Of a stretch of DNA of 64,000 bases, positions 61,403 to 64,000 are shown piece by piece; position 1 is the stretch's first letter, and each line of letters begins with the position of its first letter. The notes below the pieces were generated by a model that worked only from the letters and a program-made list of their open reading frames with translations, ran no database searches and was not told where the DNA came from. Origin of the DNA: Candidatus Aminicenantes bacterium (GTDB lineage: Bacteria > Acidobacteriota > Aminicenantia > Aminicenantales > Saccharicenantaceae); assembly GCA_963807525.1 (NCBI GenBank), contig CAWECI010000008.1, forward strand, positions 33,011 through 97,010, read 5' to 3'. A program made the translations under genes and the position numbers.

Positions 61403-62397
61403 CAGGGTCTTCCCCCTGCCCCGAGCTCGGCCTGGCAGCGGAACATCTCGGCCACGGCCCCGGGGTCCAGGCCGGCGAAAATGCTGTTGCAGGAAGAGAT
61501 CATGAAGCGGCCGCCGGGAGAGCCCTGCGCCAAGCAGCGGCTGACCTCGGCGCGGACGGCCTCCAGGTCCGGGCGGCCCAGCACGCGGACATCGACGTTC
61601 CCGACGAGAACGAGGTCCCGGCCGAATTCGCGCTTGATCTTGGCCAGGTCCATTCCGGCGGCCGGCTCGAGGCCGTGGACGCCCGCGAAACCGGCCTCGA
61701 TGGCCAGCGGCAGGAGGGCCGCGATGTTGCCGTCGCTGTGCCAGATGACGGGCGCCCCGGCTTCTTCGACGATCCGGCGGTGATAGGGCCAGACCAGCAG
61801 CCGCCACAGGCCCGGCGAGATCATCGGTCCGTCCTTGGACCCGGCGTCGTCGCCGAGCACCAGGACCTCGGCCCCCCGGCGGACGGCCTCCCGGAAGAGG
61901 GCCAGGCACCAGTCGGTCCGGGCCGCCAGGAGCTTCTCGACGAAGCCCGAATCGTCGGCCAGGCGCAAGAAGAAATTCGGCAGGCCCATCGACAGATAGG
62001 CCGCCGTGAAGGGGCCGCAATGGGAGCCGTACATCGGGACATGGTGGGGATAGCGCGCCTTGACGGCGGCGATGCGGCCGGCGTCGAAACAGGCAGCGGC
62101 CCGCTCGAGCGGCGGGCTGAACCGGGCTAGGTCCGCCTCGGAATCGACAGCCCCGGCGCTGTAAAAGCCCCCGCTCCAGATCCTCCCGAACTCGTCGACG
62201 CCGTCGCGCCCGCCGAGTCCGCCGAGCTCGGTCGAGGTCGGCATCAGGATGGCGTCCTGGCCGAGGCCGGCATAGGCATCGACCGGATCGCCGTACCCGA
62301 GTTCACGCCACAGGGCGTCGATCCAGACCTCGAACCGGGGCACCCGGTCGGGGATCCGGCCGGCGAGTGCCGCCTGGACACGTTCCCTGGACGTCAT
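61402..62397 (-). CDS. uroporphyrinogen-decarboxylase (URO-D) fold protein (MtaA/CmuA-like)
   Basis: MTSRERVQAALAGRIPDRVP.. N-terminus and ..PVIWHSDGN.. are typical of the URO-D-like family. Confidence 0.7.
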   Translation of the reverse strand: MTSRERVQAALAGRIPDRVPRFEVWIDALWRELGYGDPVDAYAGLGQDAILMPTSTELGGLGGRDGVDEFGRIWSGGFYSAGAVDSEADLARFSPPLERAAACFDAGRIAAVKARYPHHVPMYGSHCGPFTAAYLSMGLPNFFLRLADDSGFVEKLLAARTDWCLALFREAVRRGAEVLVLGDDAGSKDGPMISPGLWRLLVWPYHRRIVEEAGAPVIWHSDGNIAALLPLAIEAGFAGVHGLEPAAGMDLAKIKREFGRDLVLVGNVDVRVLGRPDLEAVRAEVSRCLAQGSPGGRFMISSCNSIFAGLDPGAVAEMFRCQAELGAGGRP

Positions 62398-62425
62398 GAC
62401 CTTCCCCTTTGCCGCGATCGCGCGA

Positions 62426-63649
62426 TCAGACCTTCCTCAGTGTCTTGAGGAAGGCCGGGTCCACATCCACGCCCAGGCCCGGCTTTTCGGACAGGACGAT
62501 CATCCCGTCCTTGATATCGAAGCCGCCCACCACGGGATCGGAGGTGTGCTCTTCGTTCCCGTCGAGATCGGAGAACACGATGTTGTTTTGCGAGGCCACG
62601 CAGTGGGCGGCGGCCGTCAGGGCGACCCGGCTCTCGTTCATGCAGCCGACCATGCAGCGGATGTTCGCGCTGTCCGCGATGTGGGCGATGCGGACGGATC
62701 TCGCGATGCCGCCCGCCTTCATGAGCTTGATGTTGATGTACCGGCAGGCCTCGGCCTTGATGAGCTTCAGCGCGTCCTCGGGCTGGAAGACCGCCTCGTC
62801 GGCCATGATCGGGATCGGGCTCTGGTCGTCGACCGCCTTGAGGCCGGCGATATCCGAGGCGACGACCGGCTGTTCCGCGAACTGGATCCGGAACTTCTCC
62901 ATCCGCCTCAACGCCGAGATGGCCTGGGGCACGGTCCAGCCCTGGTTGGCATCGATCCGGATATTGGCGGCCGGGCCGATGGCGGCGCGGACCGCCTCCA
63001 CCCGGGCCACGTCCGTGTCGGGGTCCTGCCCGACCTTGACCTTGATCGTGCGGAATCCCCTGGCCGCGAACCCGTGGGCCTTGGCGGCCATGGCGTCCGG
63101 CGTGTCGAGGCTGACCGTCCGGTCGGTCTCGAACGTGGTCCGGTCGCCGCCGAGGAGCCTGAAGACAGGCAGCCCGGCCAGCTTCCCGACGATGTCGTAG
63201 AGGGCCATGTCGTAGGCCGCGGCCACGCTCGGCGCGGAGTGGACGAACGGGCCGAACGAATGAACGAGGCTCTCGATGGCGGTCGCTTCGCGGCCGACCA
63301 CGAGCTGGCGCAAGTCGCGGGCCGCGGCCGCGCCCTGAGCCTGCGTTTCGCCGGTGATCGGGAGTGCGGGGCAGGCCTCGCCGATGCCCGTGACCCCGGC
63401 GTCCGTGTGGATGTAGATGAGGATGTCGTTGGCGGCCGTGATCGTGCCGATGGCGATCGTGAACGGCTGCTTGAGCGCCAGGTCCATGAGATAGATGTCG
63501 ACGCCGGTGATCTTGACACCCTTGTAGGGAGCGGCCTTGTCCTGGCCCCCTCCCCGGGCCGAAGCCGTGACGGCCGCGGCCCGGCCGAACGCGGGCCCCA
63601 CGAGGACGCCCAGGCCCATGGCCTTCAGGAAATCTTTTCTGGTGAGCAC
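62426..63649 (-). CDS. dipeptide (L-Ala-D/L-Glu-type) epimerase of the enolase superfamily, with an N-terminal export-type signal
   Basis: ..FRTIKVKVG.., ..IRIDANQGW.., ..IEQP-like FAEQP.., ..IMADE.., ..INIKLMKAGG.. are MR/MLE-subgroup motifs. The N-terminus MLTRKDFLKAMGLGVLVGPAFGRAAAVTASA is Tat-like (RK rather than RR). Confidence 0.8.
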   Translation of the reverse strand: MLTRKDFLKAMGLGVLVGPAFGRAAAVTASARGGGQDKAAPYKGVKITGVDIYLMDLALKQPFTIAIGTITAANDILIYIHTDAGVTGIGEACPALPITGETQAQGAAAARDLRQLVVGREATAIESLVHSFGPFVHSAPSVAAAYDMALYDIVGKLAGLPVFRLLGGDRTTFETDRTVSLDTPDAMAAKAHGFAARGFRTIKVKVGQDPDTDVARVEAVRAAIGPAANIRIDANQGWTVPQAISALRRMEKFRIQFAEQPVVASDIAGLKAVDDQSPIPIMADEAVFQPEDALKLIKAEACRYINIKLMKAGGIARSVRIAHIADSANIRCMVGCMNESRVALTAAAHCVASQNNIVFSDLDGNEEHTSDPVVGGFDIKDGMIVLSEKPGLGVDVDPAFLKTLRKV

Positions 63650-63653
63650 GGGG

Positions 63654-64000
63654 TCACCCCACTTTGACGGCTTTGGTCTCCCGTTTGCCCTGGAGGAGCA
63701 CGAAGTGCGTGACCTTGCCCGCGGCGTCCCTCACGAAGGTGACCTCGAAGCCGACGCTCTTCAGGAAGAACTTGGTCTCGGATTCCGCGAGCAGGCGCAC
63801 CTTCGGCTGGTTCGGGAGTTGGACGAAGAGGCCGTCCCCCTCGTGCGTGATCGAGAAAACGACAGGGGCCCCCTCGAGCTTGTACTGGCCCTGGTAGGCG
63901 TCCAGGACGGCCGCGGGCACGGGAACGGCCGTCTTTTCCTTGGGCGGCTCGACAGTTTCGCCAAAGAGGATCTTGGCCAGCGCGTCGCTGATCTCCTGGG
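63654..64000 (-). CDS. C-terminal part of a serine hydrolase with DUF3471-like domain (5' end outside window)
   Basis: The frame is open to the window edge (..QEISDALAKILFGETVEPPKEKTAVPVPAAVLDAYQGQYKLEG..FVQLPNQPKVRLLAESETKFFLK..). This resembles the C-terminal lipocalin-like domain of beta-lactamase-family hydrolases. Confidence 0.6.
   Translation of the reverse strand, partial: QEISDALAKILFGETVEPPKEKTAVPVPAAVLDAYQGQYKLEGAPVVFSITHEGDGLFVQLPNQPKVRLLAESETKFFLKSVGFEVTFVRDAAGKVTHFVLLQGKRETKAVKVG

Noticed and set aside
61403-62020. N-terminal 206 codons of the 825-aa ORF 59543..62020
   Set aside because: This is an out-of-frame read through the URO-D-fold gene. The CocE/NonD protein starts at ATG 61402 with a signal peptide.
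62396-63667. 423-aa plus-strand ORF
   Set aside because: It is antisense to the enolase-superfamily epimerase gene.
1-64000. CRISPR arrays, tRNA/rRNA genes, transposases, integrases, prophage or toxin-antitoxin modules
   Set aside because: Visual inspection of the intergenic regions found no direct-repeat/spacer periodicity, no cloverleaf-like or rRNA-like segments, and no recombinase-like ORFs. This was not a computational scan. tRNAscan-SE, Infernal and a CRISPR finder should confirm it.

Overview
This is 64 kb of very GC-rich bacterial chromosome (by eye about two-thirds G+C, not computed). It is densely coding, with about 60 protein genes and many 1-4 nt start/stop overlaps. I recognised no rRNA, tRNA, CRISPR array, transposase or integrase. 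All family names come from motif recognition by eye; no searches were run.

Gene content includes SdhAB, an HtrA protease, a split MprF plus AcvB/VirJ hydrolase module, and a Sco / caa3-type oxidase / heme O synthase block. It also includes a GH29 fucosidase, a tricorn-like protease, an LVIVD propeller and many secreted or lipoprotein hypotheticals. This suggests an Acidobacteriota-like organism (inference only).

Main observations:
1. At 51.6-53.3 kb there is a self-contained cassette. A consensus sigma70 promoter is followed by a 51-codon Cys-containing ORF that is absent from the ORF track, then a PqqD-like RRE and a radical SAM/SPASM enzyme. This is a candidate uncharacterised RiPP system.
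2. Four strong and one weaker sigma54-type promoters (-24 TGGCA[C/T], -12 TTGC) sit in front of small, secreted or envelope genes. Two of them are divergent, about 140 bp apart, with a 17-bp palindrome midway. One of these heads a putative 6.5-kb envelope operon ending in the split MprF / AcvB module.
3. There are 11-12 single-base reading-frame breaks. Seven or eight of them, all reading as one extra base, lie within about 700 nt of ctaE-ctaF-ctaC. This means either a local assembly error or recent decay of the oxidase.
4. Other points are several near-leaderless transcription units, a twice-repeated 6-Cys motif protein, and an apparently exported dipeptide epimerase.

Many long ORFs in the supplied track are antisense or out-of-frame artefacts of the high GC content and were rejected.
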